Below are positions 48,867-57,757 of a stretch of DNA of 64,000 nucleotides, in pieces. Below the pieces are notes generated by a model. The model saw only the letters and a list, made by a program, of their open reading frames with translations. It did not search any database and was not told the origin of the DNA. Source of the DNA: an uncultured virus (IMG/VR IMGVR_UViG_3300044638_009799) (Duplodnaviria; Heunggongvirae; Uroviricota; Caudoviricetes); the IMG/VR virus record IMGVR_UViG_3300044638_009799; one strand, 5' to 3'. The position numbers and the translations under genes were made by a program. Each line of letters opens with the position of its first letter. Position 1 is the stretch's first letter.

Positions 48867-48895
48867 ATTTTACTGGATTTGATTGTAAAAATCAA
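48867..48895 (-). promoter_or_regulatory. sigma70 promoter of dnaE-C, probably leaderless
   Basis: TTGATT-17nt-TAAAAT ends 6 nt before ATG 48860; no SD. Confidence 0.55.
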
Positions 48896-48928
48896 ACGAA
48901 AATCGTAAATAAAGCATAGAGGTGAACA

Positions 48929-49222
48929 ATGGCAAAAAAAGTTAAATCATTAGCTGCTTATAAAAAAGATTTAGAAATTAGCGATTCTCAAAAGAAATTG
49001 CAGGATATTATGAAAAGTTATGCTTTTCCTGATACAAATGCACCAGAAGATACTTTCGTCAAAGGTAAACATTACGGTTTCCCACTACAAGGCAAAAAAA
49101 GTTTGCCCTATAGAGCTAAAGGTTATAACACAGACAAACCTTTCGGTGATCTAGGAACACCAAGTATTGATTATTCAAGAAAAAGCAAGTTTGATGATTA
49201 TGAAGTTAGTCACTTGGACTAA
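48929..49222 (+). CDS. Hypothetical phage protein
   Basis: TAAATA + SD GAGGTG. Confidence 0.55.
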   Translation: MAKKVKSLAAYKKDLEISDSQKKLQDIMKSYAFPDTNAPEDTFVKGKHYGFPLQGKKSLPYRAKGYNTDKPFGDLGTPSIDYSRKSKFDDYEVSHLD

Positions 49223-49224
49223 AA

Positions 49225-51036
49225 ATGATTATAATTAATTTTCGTGAATATTTTTATTTATATGAATCAATTGATCAAAATTTTGATCAATGGCTTGTAG
49301 ATTTGAAAACACATGCAAGACCAGATGAATCAGAAATAAAAACATTCAATATTCCAGATAATAAAAAACAATTTATAATTAATATTCTTAAATCAAAAAA
49401 TGTTGAAAATAAACAATATATGAAGTACTTGCTTGGTTTTGCAACAACACCTCAATCATCTCACATTGAAGACTATGATCGTGTTGTTGACACACTAAAA
49501 TGGTTCATCCAAACAAATAGATTAACCAAAGCACAAGTCGAAGCAGATGGATGGTTTAATACAGGAAAAAGAGCAACAGAACTGACACAAGAAAAAGATC
49601 AAATACTTAACCCATATTCAAAAACAAAAGAAAAAAAAGAAAAAAAACTTGGAATAGCAGAAAATATTTTACCTTTATTCCAATCAGGAAATATAAAAAT
49701 TTATTTTTCTCCAAAAGCAACCAATGAAAAAAGTAATTTTGAAAAAATAAAAGAAGATGCTGAAAAACCAGAGATGAAAGCAAGACATAAAATTTTGTGC
49801 AAATACGGTAAAGATACAAATTGGTGTACAGCATCAGCAAGTGGAACTTTTCATGCAATATATGCAGATAGAAACATTTACATAGTTCATATAGATGACA
49901 AACCAGCTTATCAATTTATGGATTGTAGTGAAGGTGACACAGATAATAGATGTCAATTTCATGATGCTAAGAACGCAAGTGCTAAATCAATTCCTCTTGA
50001 TTTAGCATTATTGATTAAAGAAAAATTACCAAAGATAGCTTCATTTTATGGTTGCATAATAAACACTTTTATCAAAAATGGTCCTTTAAATCTTGTTAAA
50101 TATCTTATAGATGAAAAAGAATATAAAATAAATATTGATTCACTTTCTATGGCACTCCAAGGTGGTCATTTAGATATTATTAAATATCTTGAAGATGAAA
50201 AAGGTGCAAAAATAGATACTTATACAATTAGTAATATAATTGAAAGTGGTAATTTAGATGTTGTTAAAGATCTTGTGGAAAAAAAAGGTGCAGGCATAGG
50301 TGTTAATGCATATTCTGATGCAGTCAAAAGTGGCAATTTAAATGTTGTTAAATATGTTGTGGAAAAAGGTGCAACAATAGGTATTAATGCAGTTAATAAT
50401 GCAATAGAAACTGGTAATTTAGATCTTATTGAATATCTTGTAGATGAAAAAGAATATTTTATACATAATGATGGATTTATTCTAGCAATCAAAAATGGTC
50501 ATTTACATATTGTTAAATATCTTGTAAATGAAAAAGGTAAAGAAATAAGTTATGATTTATTTCAGAAAGCGGTACTCAGTGGTCATTTAAATATTGTTAA
50601 ATTTTTTATGGAAAAAAATGCAAGAATAGCAAGCCTAGGTGATGGACATATGGCTTACCTTGCAGCAAGCAAGGGTCATTTACATATTCTTAAATATCTT
50701 GTAGAGGAAAAAGGTGTAAAAATAAATGATATGACATATAACGAAGCAATCGATAAAGGTCATTTAGATGTTATAAAATATTTATCGGGAGATGAGGTTG
50801 TTGATAAGGAAGGCAATGTTTATAAATTGAAAGATGGTATAAAACCATACAAAATAGATAATTACGCAGTTTATGCTGCGGCACAAAATGGAAAATTAAA
50901 TATTGTTAAATATCTTGTAGAAAAAGGTGCAGAAATAATTGATGATGCAGTTTATATTGCATATGAAAAAGGGCATAAAGATATAGGTGATTATTTGAGA
51001 TCAGCGATCAGCCATGATTGGAGTAAAAATGATTAG
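49225..51036 (+). CDS. Ankyrin-repeat protein A (shared N-domain with YGKDTxWCTAS)
   Basis: Many GHL/GNLxxVKYLVE repeats. Confidence 0.85.
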   Translation: MIIINFREYFYLYESIDQNFDQWLVDLKTHARPDESEIKTFNIPDNKKQFIINILKSKNVENKQYMKYLLGFATTPQSSHIEDYDRVVDTLKWFIQTNRLTKAQVEADGWFNTGKRATELTQEKDQILNPYSKTKEKKEKKLGIAENILPLFQSGNIKIYFSPKATNEKSNFEKIKEDAEKPEMKARHKILCKYGKDTNWCTASASGTFHAIYADRNIYIVHIDDKPAYQFMDCSEGDTDNRCQFHDAKNASAKSIPLDLALLIKEKLPKIASFYGCIINTFIKNGPLNLVKYLIDEKEYKINIDSLSMALQGGHLDIIKYLEDEKGAKIDTYTISNIIESGNLDVVKDLVEKKGAGIGVNAYSDAVKSGNLNVVKYVVEKGATIGINAVNNAIETGNLDLIEYLVDEKEYFIHNDGFILAIKNGHLHIVKYLVNEKGKEISYDLFQKAVLSGHLNIVKFFMEKNARIASLGDGHMAYLAASKGHLHILKYLVEEKGVKINDMTYNEAIDKGHLDVIKYLSGDEVVDKEGNVYKLKDGIKPYKIDNYAVYAAAQNGKLNIVKYLVEKGAEIIDDAVYIAYEKGHKDIGDYLRSAISHDWSKND

Positions 51037-53011
51037 AATTAATTTTCGTGAATATTTTTATTTATACGAATCAATTGATCAAAATTTTAATCAATGGCTT
51101 GTAGATTTGAAAACACATGCAAGACCAGATGAATCAGAAATAAAAACATTCAATATTCCAGATAATAAAAAACAATTTATCATTAATACTCTTAAATCAA
51201 AAAATATTGAAGATAAACAATATATGAAATATTTAATTGGTTTTGCAACAACACCTCAATCATCTCACATTGAAGATTATGATCGTGTTGTTGACACACT
51301 AAAATGGTTCATTCAAACAAATAGATTAACCAAAGCACAAGTCGAAGCAGATGGATGGTTCAATACAGGAAAAAGGGCAACGGAACTAACAAGAGAAAAA
51401 GATCAAATACTTAACCCAGCTTCAAAAACAAAAGAGAAAAAAGAAAAAAAACTTGGAATAGCAGAAGATATTTCACCTTTATTCCAATCAGGAAATATAA
51501 AAATTTATTTTTCTCCAAAAGTAACCAATGAAAAAAACAATTTTGAAAAAATAAAAGAAAATGCTGAAAAACCAGAGATGAAAGCAAGACATAAAATTTT
51601 GTGCAAATACGGTAAAGATACAGATTGGTGTACAGCATCACCAACTGGAACTTCTCATGTAATGTATGCAGACAGAAACATTTACATAGTTCATATAGAT
51701 GACAAACCAGCTTATCAATTTATGGATTGTAGTTATGAGGGTGACACAGATGGTACATGTCAATTTCATGATGCTAAGAACGTAAGTGCTATATCAATTC
51801 CTCTTGATTTAGCATTATTGATTAAAGAAAAATTACCAAAGATAGCTTCATTTTATGGTTGTGTAATAAACACTTTTATTGAAAATGGTGATTTAGATAT
51901 TGTTAAATATCTTGTAGAAAAAGGTGGGAAAGTAGGTTTTGATACAGTTTCTTATGCAGCAGGAACTAGAAATTTAGAACTTGTTGAATATCTTATAGAA
52001 AAATGTGGAAAAATAGGTGATAAGGAAGTTTATTATGCAGCAGAGAAGGGCAATTTAGATTTTGTTAAATGTCTTGTAAAAAAAGGTGCAAAAATAGGTG
52101 ATGAGACAGTTTCTAAAGCAGCAGAAATTAATCGTTTAGATCTTGTTAAATTTCTTGTAGAAAACGGTGGAAAAATAGGTGATGAGGCAGTTTCTAGTGC
52201 AGCAGAGAAGGGCAATTTAGATCTTGTTAAATTTCTTGTAGAAAACGGTGGAAAAATAGGTGATGAGGCAGTTTCTAAAGCAGCAAGGGCTGACAATTTA
52301 GAACTTGTTGAATATCTTGTAGAAAAAGGTGCAGAAATAGGTGATGTGGCAGTTTATTATGCAGCAGAGAAGGGCGATTTAGATTTTGTTAAATATCTTG
52401 TAAAAAAAGGTGCAAAAATAAGTTATGATGCAGTTTCTAGTGCAGTAGAGAAGGGCAATTTAGATCTTGTTAAATTTCTTGTAGAAAACGGTGGAAAAAT
52501 AGATGAATATACAGTTAATCGTGCAGTAAGGATTGACAATTTAGCTCTTGTTAAATATCTTGTAGATGAAAAAAGTGCAAAAATAAGTGATGACGTAGTT
52601 TCTAATGCAATTCATAATGCAGTAATGACTGGTAGTTTAGATACTATTGAATATCTTTTAGAAAAAGGTGCAAAAATAGGCAAATATGACGTTTATAGAG
52701 CAGTCGAATACGGCTTTGACAATGGCGTTGATCTTGTTGAATATCTTATAGAAAAAGGTGGAATAATAGATGACGAGACAGTTAGATTGGCAGCAAAAAA
52801 TAATGATTTAAAATTTGTTAAATATCTTGTAGAAAAAGGTGCAGAAATAGGTGATGCAGTTACTTATGCAGCAGGAACTGGAAATTTAGAACTTGTTGAA
52901 TATCTTGTAGAAAAAGGTGGGAAAGTAGATAATTATGCAGTTAGATATGCAGCAAATAAGGGCAATTTAGATCTTGTTAATTATTTGAAATCAGCCATGA
53001 ATAGAAACTAA
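51029..53011 (+). CDS. Ankyrin-repeat protein B, tandem paralog
   Basis: N-terminal ~285 codons near-identical to A; 27-aa repeats; exact 62-bp DNA repeat 52135-52196 = 52216-52277. Confidence 0.85.
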   Translation: MIRINFREYFYLYESIDQNFNQWLVDLKTHARPDESEIKTFNIPDNKKQFIINTLKSKNIEDKQYMKYLIGFATTPQSSHIEDYDRVVDTLKWFIQTNRLTKAQVEADGWFNTGKRATELTREKDQILNPASKTKEKKEKKLGIAEDISPLFQSGNIKIYFSPKVTNEKNNFEKIKENAEKPEMKARHKILCKYGKDTDWCTASPTGTSHVMYADRNIYIVHIDDKPAYQFMDCSYEGDTDGTCQFHDAKNVSAISIPLDLALLIKEKLPKIASFYGCVINTFIENGDLDIVKYLVEKGGKVGFDTVSYAAGTRNLELVEYLIEKCGKIGDKEVYYAAEKGNLDFVKCLVKKGAKIGDETVSKAAEINRLDLVKFLVENGGKIGDEAVSSAAEKGNLDLVKFLVENGGKIGDEAVSKAARADNLELVEYLVEKGAEIGDVAVYYAAEKGDLDFVKYLVKKGAKISYDAVSSAVEKGNLDLVKFLVENGGKIDEYTVNRAVRIDNLALVKYLVDEKSAKISDDVVSNAIHNAVMTGSLDTIEYLLEKGAKIGKYDVYRAVEYGFDNGVDLVEYLIEKGGIIDDETVRLAAKNNDLKFVKYLVEKGAEIGDAVTYAAGTGNLELVEYLVEKGGKVDNYAVRYAANKGNLDLVNYLKSAMNRN

Positions 53012-53055
53012 ATTTTCCCTGATATTCTCTAAATAATTGCTAAGAGTCAAACTAA

Positions 53056-54393
53056 TCAAGCTTGACTAAACTTTAGTACAGCTTGACTACCTCTGTTCTC
53101 TGAGAGGAATCTAGAGAATAGCAGGTCATGTCTGATTGGATCTACGTCAGTAACACCAAGTAAATATAAGACGAGAGAACCAGCACCAGAACCTCTTCCG
53201 GGTCCAACCGCATAGACACCATCCAAACCAGTAATCTCATGACTAATTCTCCTAGCTTCATCAGTAAAACTTTTAACAATTAAAAAGTAAGATGAAAATT
53301 GCTTTCTAAAAATCAAATCTAATTCTTCTAATATTCTCTTGAAATAAACACCATTAGTTTTACTAATCCCTCTCTTCTTCAAACCTTGCATCACTAATTC
53401 TTTCAATTTCTCCTCTTCATCAACAATCTTAGGCAATTTAACACTTCTGTCCAACTTAACATTCTCTGCCATGCGACATATCTTAACAGTATTCATCTTG
53501 GCTTGTTCAAATATCTCCAAAGGAATTACATCAGAATATTTCTCAAGCCACTTCTTGTTCATTTCATCTTCAGTCTTCATCCAAAGATTTCTATCCTGCA
53601 ATTCAAAAACATCAGCATTTTCTGACTTCAACTTTTCAATTTCAGCTAATGTCCTCTTAGTGTTAACCAACATCATTATTGTCTGATACTTGCTATCTTC
53701 CTCATATGCATAATGAACATCATTGCTCATAATCATAGGAATACCATGCTTAAGATGCATTTCTACTAAAAATTGGTCATAACCTCTCTGATACTCAAAA
53801 TCAAGCAACATCATTTCAAGATAAAAGTTATCACCAAACATATCCTTGTATTTCAGAACCATTTCTTCTGCTTTTTCTTTTCCATATAGCTTCAAAGCTC
53901 TTGCTGCTTCTGAAGCGCAACAACAACTAGTAAAGATTATACCTTCTCTGTGTTTCTTTAATAATTCATGATTAACTCTAGGTTTCCTATAAAAACCTTG
54001 TGACCAACCAAGGCTACAAAGTTTAGTTAAGTTTTCGTAACCTTTGTTTGAAACGGCAATGGCTAATATATGACTTGATGTTTTGAATGCTTCGTATTGA
54101 TCAGGAGAAAGACTCTTTATGAAGTTATTTCTTTCTTCTTCGTTCTCAGTTGCTTCTGTGTGAATAGGATTAACGTAAAGCTCGCAGCCAAAAACGGGCT
54201 TAAACTTCTTTTTATCAAATTGTTCTGTTTGTGAGATTAGACTTGGAATTGATGCCATAAGTCCATGATCAGTAACACAAAGATAGTCGCCATGCGTACT
54301 CCATCTGTCGCAATATTCTAAAATTTTCCCAAAACCGTCAAGGATACTGTATTCGCTATGTAAATGAAGGTGTTCAAATCCAACAATATTCAT
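53056..54393 (-). CDS. dnaE: DNA polymerase III alpha (DnaE), N-terminal PHP part
   Basis: HLHLHSEYSILDG, TDHG, GCELY, KPR, NDVHY, GPGRGSGAGSLV, LLFSRFL; start ATG 54393 (or TTG 54420). Confidence 0.92.
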   Translation of the reverse strand: MNIVGFEHLHLHSEYSILDGFGKILEYCDRWSTHGDYLCVTDHGLMASIPSLISQTEQFDKKKFKPVFGCELYVNPIHTEATENEEERNNFIKSLSPDQYEAFKTSSHILAIAVSNKGYENLTKLCSLGWSQGFYRKPRVNHELLKKHREGIIFTSCCCASEAARALKLYGKEKAEEMVLKYKDMFGDNFYLEMMLLDFEYQRGYDQFLVEMHLKHGIPMIMSNDVHYAYEEDSKYQTIMMLVNTKRTLAEIEKLKSENADVFELQDRNLWMKTEDEMNKKWLEKYSDVIPLEIFEQAKMNTVKICRMAENVKLDRSVKLPKIVDEEEKLKELVMQGLKKRGISKTNGVYFKRILEELDLIFRKQFSSYFLIVKSFTDEARRISHEITGLDGVYAVGPGRGSGAGSLVLYLLGVTDVDPIRHDLLFSRFLSENRGSQAVLKFSQA

Positions 54394-54431
54394 GTGATTA
54401 ACTATCCTTGCTAATAACAAATTACCTCCAC

Positions 54432-54460
54432 ATTTTAACATATGGAGTTGTTTTTGTCAA
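54432..54460 (-). promoter_or_regulatory. sigma70 promoter of dnaE-N
   Basis: TTGACA-17nt-TAAAAT with TGn extended -10. Confidence 0.7.
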
Positions 54461-54477
54461 TATTCAAACCATTAATT

Positions 54478-55173
54478 TTAACTTAAAATGAATGTGTTCC
54501 AATGATCTAATGTTCCCACATTAACATAATTTGTTACTTCACATGCCTGAAAAACTTCTTGATTTGCTATCATGCTTGAGACAACATGAGACATGAATAT
54601 TTCTTTATGTTTATCTATAATCATTTTAAAATGGTTGATAAAGCTTGTCTTTTTGCTAAACTGATATCCTCCAACACAAAAATCATCTGATACAATTTTC
54701 TTTTCAACAACCGAATAAATAATATTGTCTTCATTCTTTACAACATATCCTAATTGTTCTGGATTTTTAATTAATTTATTGTTAGAGAGTTTTGAAATGA
54801 AAACAAAATTTCCATCATTGCAGTTAAAATCAAAAAAACTGTCACAATCTCTTACTAAAAAAGATCCATCATTTTTTGTTTTCTCAAGTGTCAAAAACAC
54901 TGTTTCTGCTGGACCTTTTGTTAAATGATCAATTACAACAATTTGTACAAATTCTCCAAACTTCTTTTTAACAATTTCGTAAGCATTATATTTGTCAATA
55001 TGTTCTTTAAGTAATGATATGTACACATTGTTATTTTTGTGCATGTTTCCAATAACATTTTCAATCATTAATTTACCTTTATTATCTTCTAATAAATATT
55101 TTGGTTTTAAATTTGGGAATCTTGAAGATAAACCAGCACAAGGTATAATTATATCCATAATTTGTTTATCCAT
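54478..55173 (-). CDS. Nucleotidyltransferase (NTP-transferase/GT-A fold)
   Basis: IIIPCAGLSSRF..KPKYLL, TKGPAET, DCD, VEKK, VGT. Confidence 0.78.
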   Translation of the reverse strand: MDKQIMDIIIPCAGLSSRFPNLKPKYLLEDNKGKLMIENVIGNMHKNNNVYISLLKEHIDKYNAYEIVKKKFGEFVQIVVIDHLTKGPAETVFLTLEKTKNDGSFLVRDCDSFFDFNCNDGNFVFISKLSNNKLIKNPEQLGYVVKNEDNIIYSVVEKKIVSDDFCVGGYQFSKKTSFINHFKMIIDKHKEIFMSHVVSSMIANQEVFQACEVTNYVNVGTLDHWNTFILS

Positions 55174-55895
55174 TTCAACAAAAAACTCTTATCTTGATCG
55201 TTATCGCAATAAGGAAGAACCCTAAGTAACATCAAAATTAAAATATAATTATTATTTAATTCTGGATATATTTCAGATAATTTTTTGAATAAATAATTTA
55301 TTTTATTTTCATGTTTATTAGCATGCTTTCTTGAATGCCAACCGCAAATCAAATCTTGGTTCAATTTGGCGAGATCAAACACATAAGAATCATAAACAGA
55401 TGTAATGGGATCTATCAAAAAGAATTTTTGTTTTTCTGTGTTATAAAGTATGTTGTCTAAAGTCAAATCACCATGATAGATTGTTTGAGGTATAGTATCA
55501 GGCAATTTTTCTATTAGCTCGTATTTTTTAAATACTAAAAAACTAAAATCGCAATAATTTAATTTTTCCTCATAAGTATTAATGTAATTTTTAAGAACAG
55601 TGACATGTTTAAGTGTATTAAATATGTTTTTTAAAAATTCTAATAATAAATCAATGTCATAAAAAGAAACAAATTTAATCATATCAATTGATTCTATAAA
55701 TTCCATATCATAATAATTTTTTTCAATCTTTAATATTTTAGGCATTGAAATGTCAAATTCTTTCAACACTTCATATCTTTCAATATTTCTTTGAATGTTT
55801 TCAAATTTTCTAACAAAAAAATTATTATCTTTTTTTATCTTTAATATTTTGCTTTTAGAAAAGCCGTAAAATTCTTGAATTATTTGTTCCATCAA
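55149..55895 (-). CDS. APH/choline-kinase-like phosphotransferase
   Basis: YHGDLTLDNIL, LIDP, DLAKL.QD. Confidence 0.75.
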   Translation of the reverse strand: MMEQIIQEFYGFSKSKILKIKKDNNFFVRKFENIQRNIERYEVLKEFDISMPKILKIEKNYYDMEFIESIDMIKFVSFYDIDLLLEFLKNIFNTLKHVTVLKNYINTYEEKLNYCDFSFLVFKKYELIEKLPDTIPQTIYHGDLTLDNILYNTEKQKFFLIDPITSVYDSYVFDLAKLNQDLICGWHSRKHANKHENKINYLFKKLSEIYPELNNNYILILMLLRVLPYCDNDQDKSFLLKWINKLWI

Positions 55896-55946
55896 TTTCC
55901 TCGATTTTTAGTATATATGTATATATTTAAGGAACGTAATTGATAT

Positions 55947-56681
55947 ATGCTAATGATTGCGCCTGCTAAAATGAAAGTTGCAATAATTTTAAGTGGCATG
56001 CAGAATGTCTATGAAAGATCTATTGCAAGCATAAAAGAAATTGAAAAAAATTACAAAACACATATATTTTGTCATTGTTGGGAAAATGAATCAGAAATGA
56101 GAAATTATGGATTTGAATCAATAAAATATCCATTTCCTTCTTGTCCTGCAAAAAGCGTTTTGGAAAAATATAAAAATATCAATTATAAGATATCGAAAAA
56201 CAGTCTTTATAAAGATTATTTTGATAGTTTGTATGATCAAATCATTAACAAAAATGGACAATCAAATTCAAGTCTTTTTAGTCAATTCTTTAGCATGAAC
56301 AAAGCAGATAAATTAAGAAGAAATTACGAACGAGACAATTGCATGAAATTCGACATTGTGATAAGAATGCGTTTTGATTCTTTAATAAAATCTAAGTTGG
56401 TATTTGAAAAATTTGATTTAAAAAAAATAAATGTAGAACGCAGTATGTATCATTTTGCAGAACAGGTGCAGCCGGGCAAGCCCAAAGGAATTAATGATCA
56501 ATTTGCTTTTGGACCCTCGGATTTAATGACTTATTACTTTGATGTGTTTGACGAAATGGTAAAAATAGCTAATAAAAAAAATTCACGTTTTTGTCCACAT
56601 TTTATGTTAGGACAACATCTTTTAAATGGAAATATACCTGTAGACTTATTAGGAATTACAGTTAGAGTTCATCAAGACTAA
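55947..56681 (+). CDS. Glycan-related hypothetical protein
   Basis: MKVAIILSG, FDIVIRMRFD, INDQFAFG motifs common beside sugar genes. Confidence 0.55.
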   Translation: MLMIAPAKMKVAIILSGMQNVYERSIASIKEIEKNYKTHIFCHCWENESEMRNYGFESIKYPFPSCPAKSVLEKYKNINYKISKNSLYKDYFDSLYDQIINKNGQSNSSLFSQFFSMNKADKLRRNYERDNCMKFDIVIRMRFDSLIKSKLVFEKFDLKKINVERSMYHFAEQVQPGKPKGINDQFAFGPSDLMTYYFDVFDEMVKIANKKNSRFCPHFMLGQHLLNGNIPVDLLGITVRVHQD

Positions 56682-56960
56682 TTAAACTGTATTGTTATGT
56701 ACAAGACTTCTTTTGTATTGATTCTCTAACAAACATAAAGATTCACGAAGCCGATAAATTTCTTTGTTTAATCTTTCAATTGTCATTTGCTGCAAAGAGT
56801 CAATAGATTGAAGTTCTTCGTTAAGTTTTTTAAGTTGATTTATTTGATTAAACATTTCAAGAGGACTTTGTTCAATCAAAATAGAAATATCTTGAATGTC
56901 ATTCATAATAATCGTCCTTTTTTTGTTGGTTTGAAAAATATGCAATTGTTGTAATAACAA
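56682..56960 (-). CDS. Coiled-coil hypothetical protein
   Basis: ORF track; heptad pattern. Confidence 0.4.
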   Translation of the reverse strand: MLLQQLHIFQTNKKRTIIMNDIQDISILIEQSPLEMFNQINQLKKLNEELQSIDSLQQMTIERLNKEIYRLRESLCLLENQYKRSLVHNNTV

Positions 56961-57010
56961 TTGTTGTCATTGCTAAGAATAACAAATAATCTATTATTTG
57001 CATTGCCATT

Positions 57011-57757
57011 TTATGTCTTCACCAAGCCAATCGTTCTTCCACGCAAGTCTCTCCATCCTACCATGTTTGGTCCTTCAATATCAAGATTTTTCAATAATAA
57101 AAGCCCATTTTTTTCTATTTTGTCCATATAAAAAGAAACATCAACGGGCTTGCTCATTGTGTCTAGATATAAAATTTTATATTTTTTGTCTTTTTCTAAT
57201 TGGTAATTTATATTCATATGTTTTCCAAATATATGAGAATTTTTAACAACAAAATCATCCATGACTAATGCTTCTGCATTACTCTCTGTGAAAAATAAAG
57301 ACCATATATAACTAAATGGCATAAAAGAATAGTAATCGCTTAATTTGTAAAATAACTTTGGTTTATTTTGTGAATAAAATTGCCAAGATTCATTAAACAT
57401 TTTAAACAAATCGATCCTATTGTAATCTCTAAGAACAAAATTTTTATGTGTATCTGAATCAAATTCCAATTTACATTCAGAAAACATACCTTTTAAAAGG
57501 ATATGCTCGCAGTGTTTTTTAATATGAGTTTCAATTAATTGTAATTCTTGCAATACATTATCTGAAAAAAATATATTAACAAAGGTTTTATGGCTAAGAA
57601 TGCTTCTAACAAAAAACGAATTAGCTATCGAATGATCGCAAAACAAATAATTTTTATAATTTTTATTTTTTAGGCTTTCATCAAATTTTTGATACCACTT
57701 AGTAAAAGGCAATCCCGGAGCATTTTGAAAAATAAATCTAAAATCTGGATAATTCAT
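57011..57757 (-). CDS. Hypothetical protein
   Basis: ATGA-coupled to spoVR. Confidence 0.5.
   Translation of the reverse strand: MNYPDFRFIFQNAPGLPFTKWYQKFDESLKNKNYKNYLFCDHSIANSFFVRSILSHKTFVNIFFSDNVLQELQLIETHIKKHCEHILLKGMFSECKLEFDSDTHKNFVLRDYNRIDLFKMFNESWQFYSQNKPKLFYKLSDYYSFMPFSYIWSLFFTESNAEALVMDDFVVKNSHIFGKHMNINYQLEKDKKYKILYLDTMSKPVDVSFYMDKIEKNGLLLLKNLDIEGPNMVGWRDLRGRTIGLVKT

Noticed and set aside
49225..53011. Diversity-generating retroelement (TR/VR)
   Set aside because: No reverse transcriptase in the window; both copies are full ORFs and differences are not confined to adenines.
46392..54441. Split-intein (cyanobacterial-type) dnaE or intron
   Set aside because: No Cys/Ser-initiated IntN after the N half, no HN/C-type IntC before the C half, and no intron-like structure; both halves have their own promoters.
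54394..54441. ORF-track starts at 54441, 23294, 4614, 35407, 35607, 29455, 51014 and 63013
   Set aside because: They overlap promoters, RNA elements or neighbouring genes; downstream starts fit SD sites and family N-termini better.
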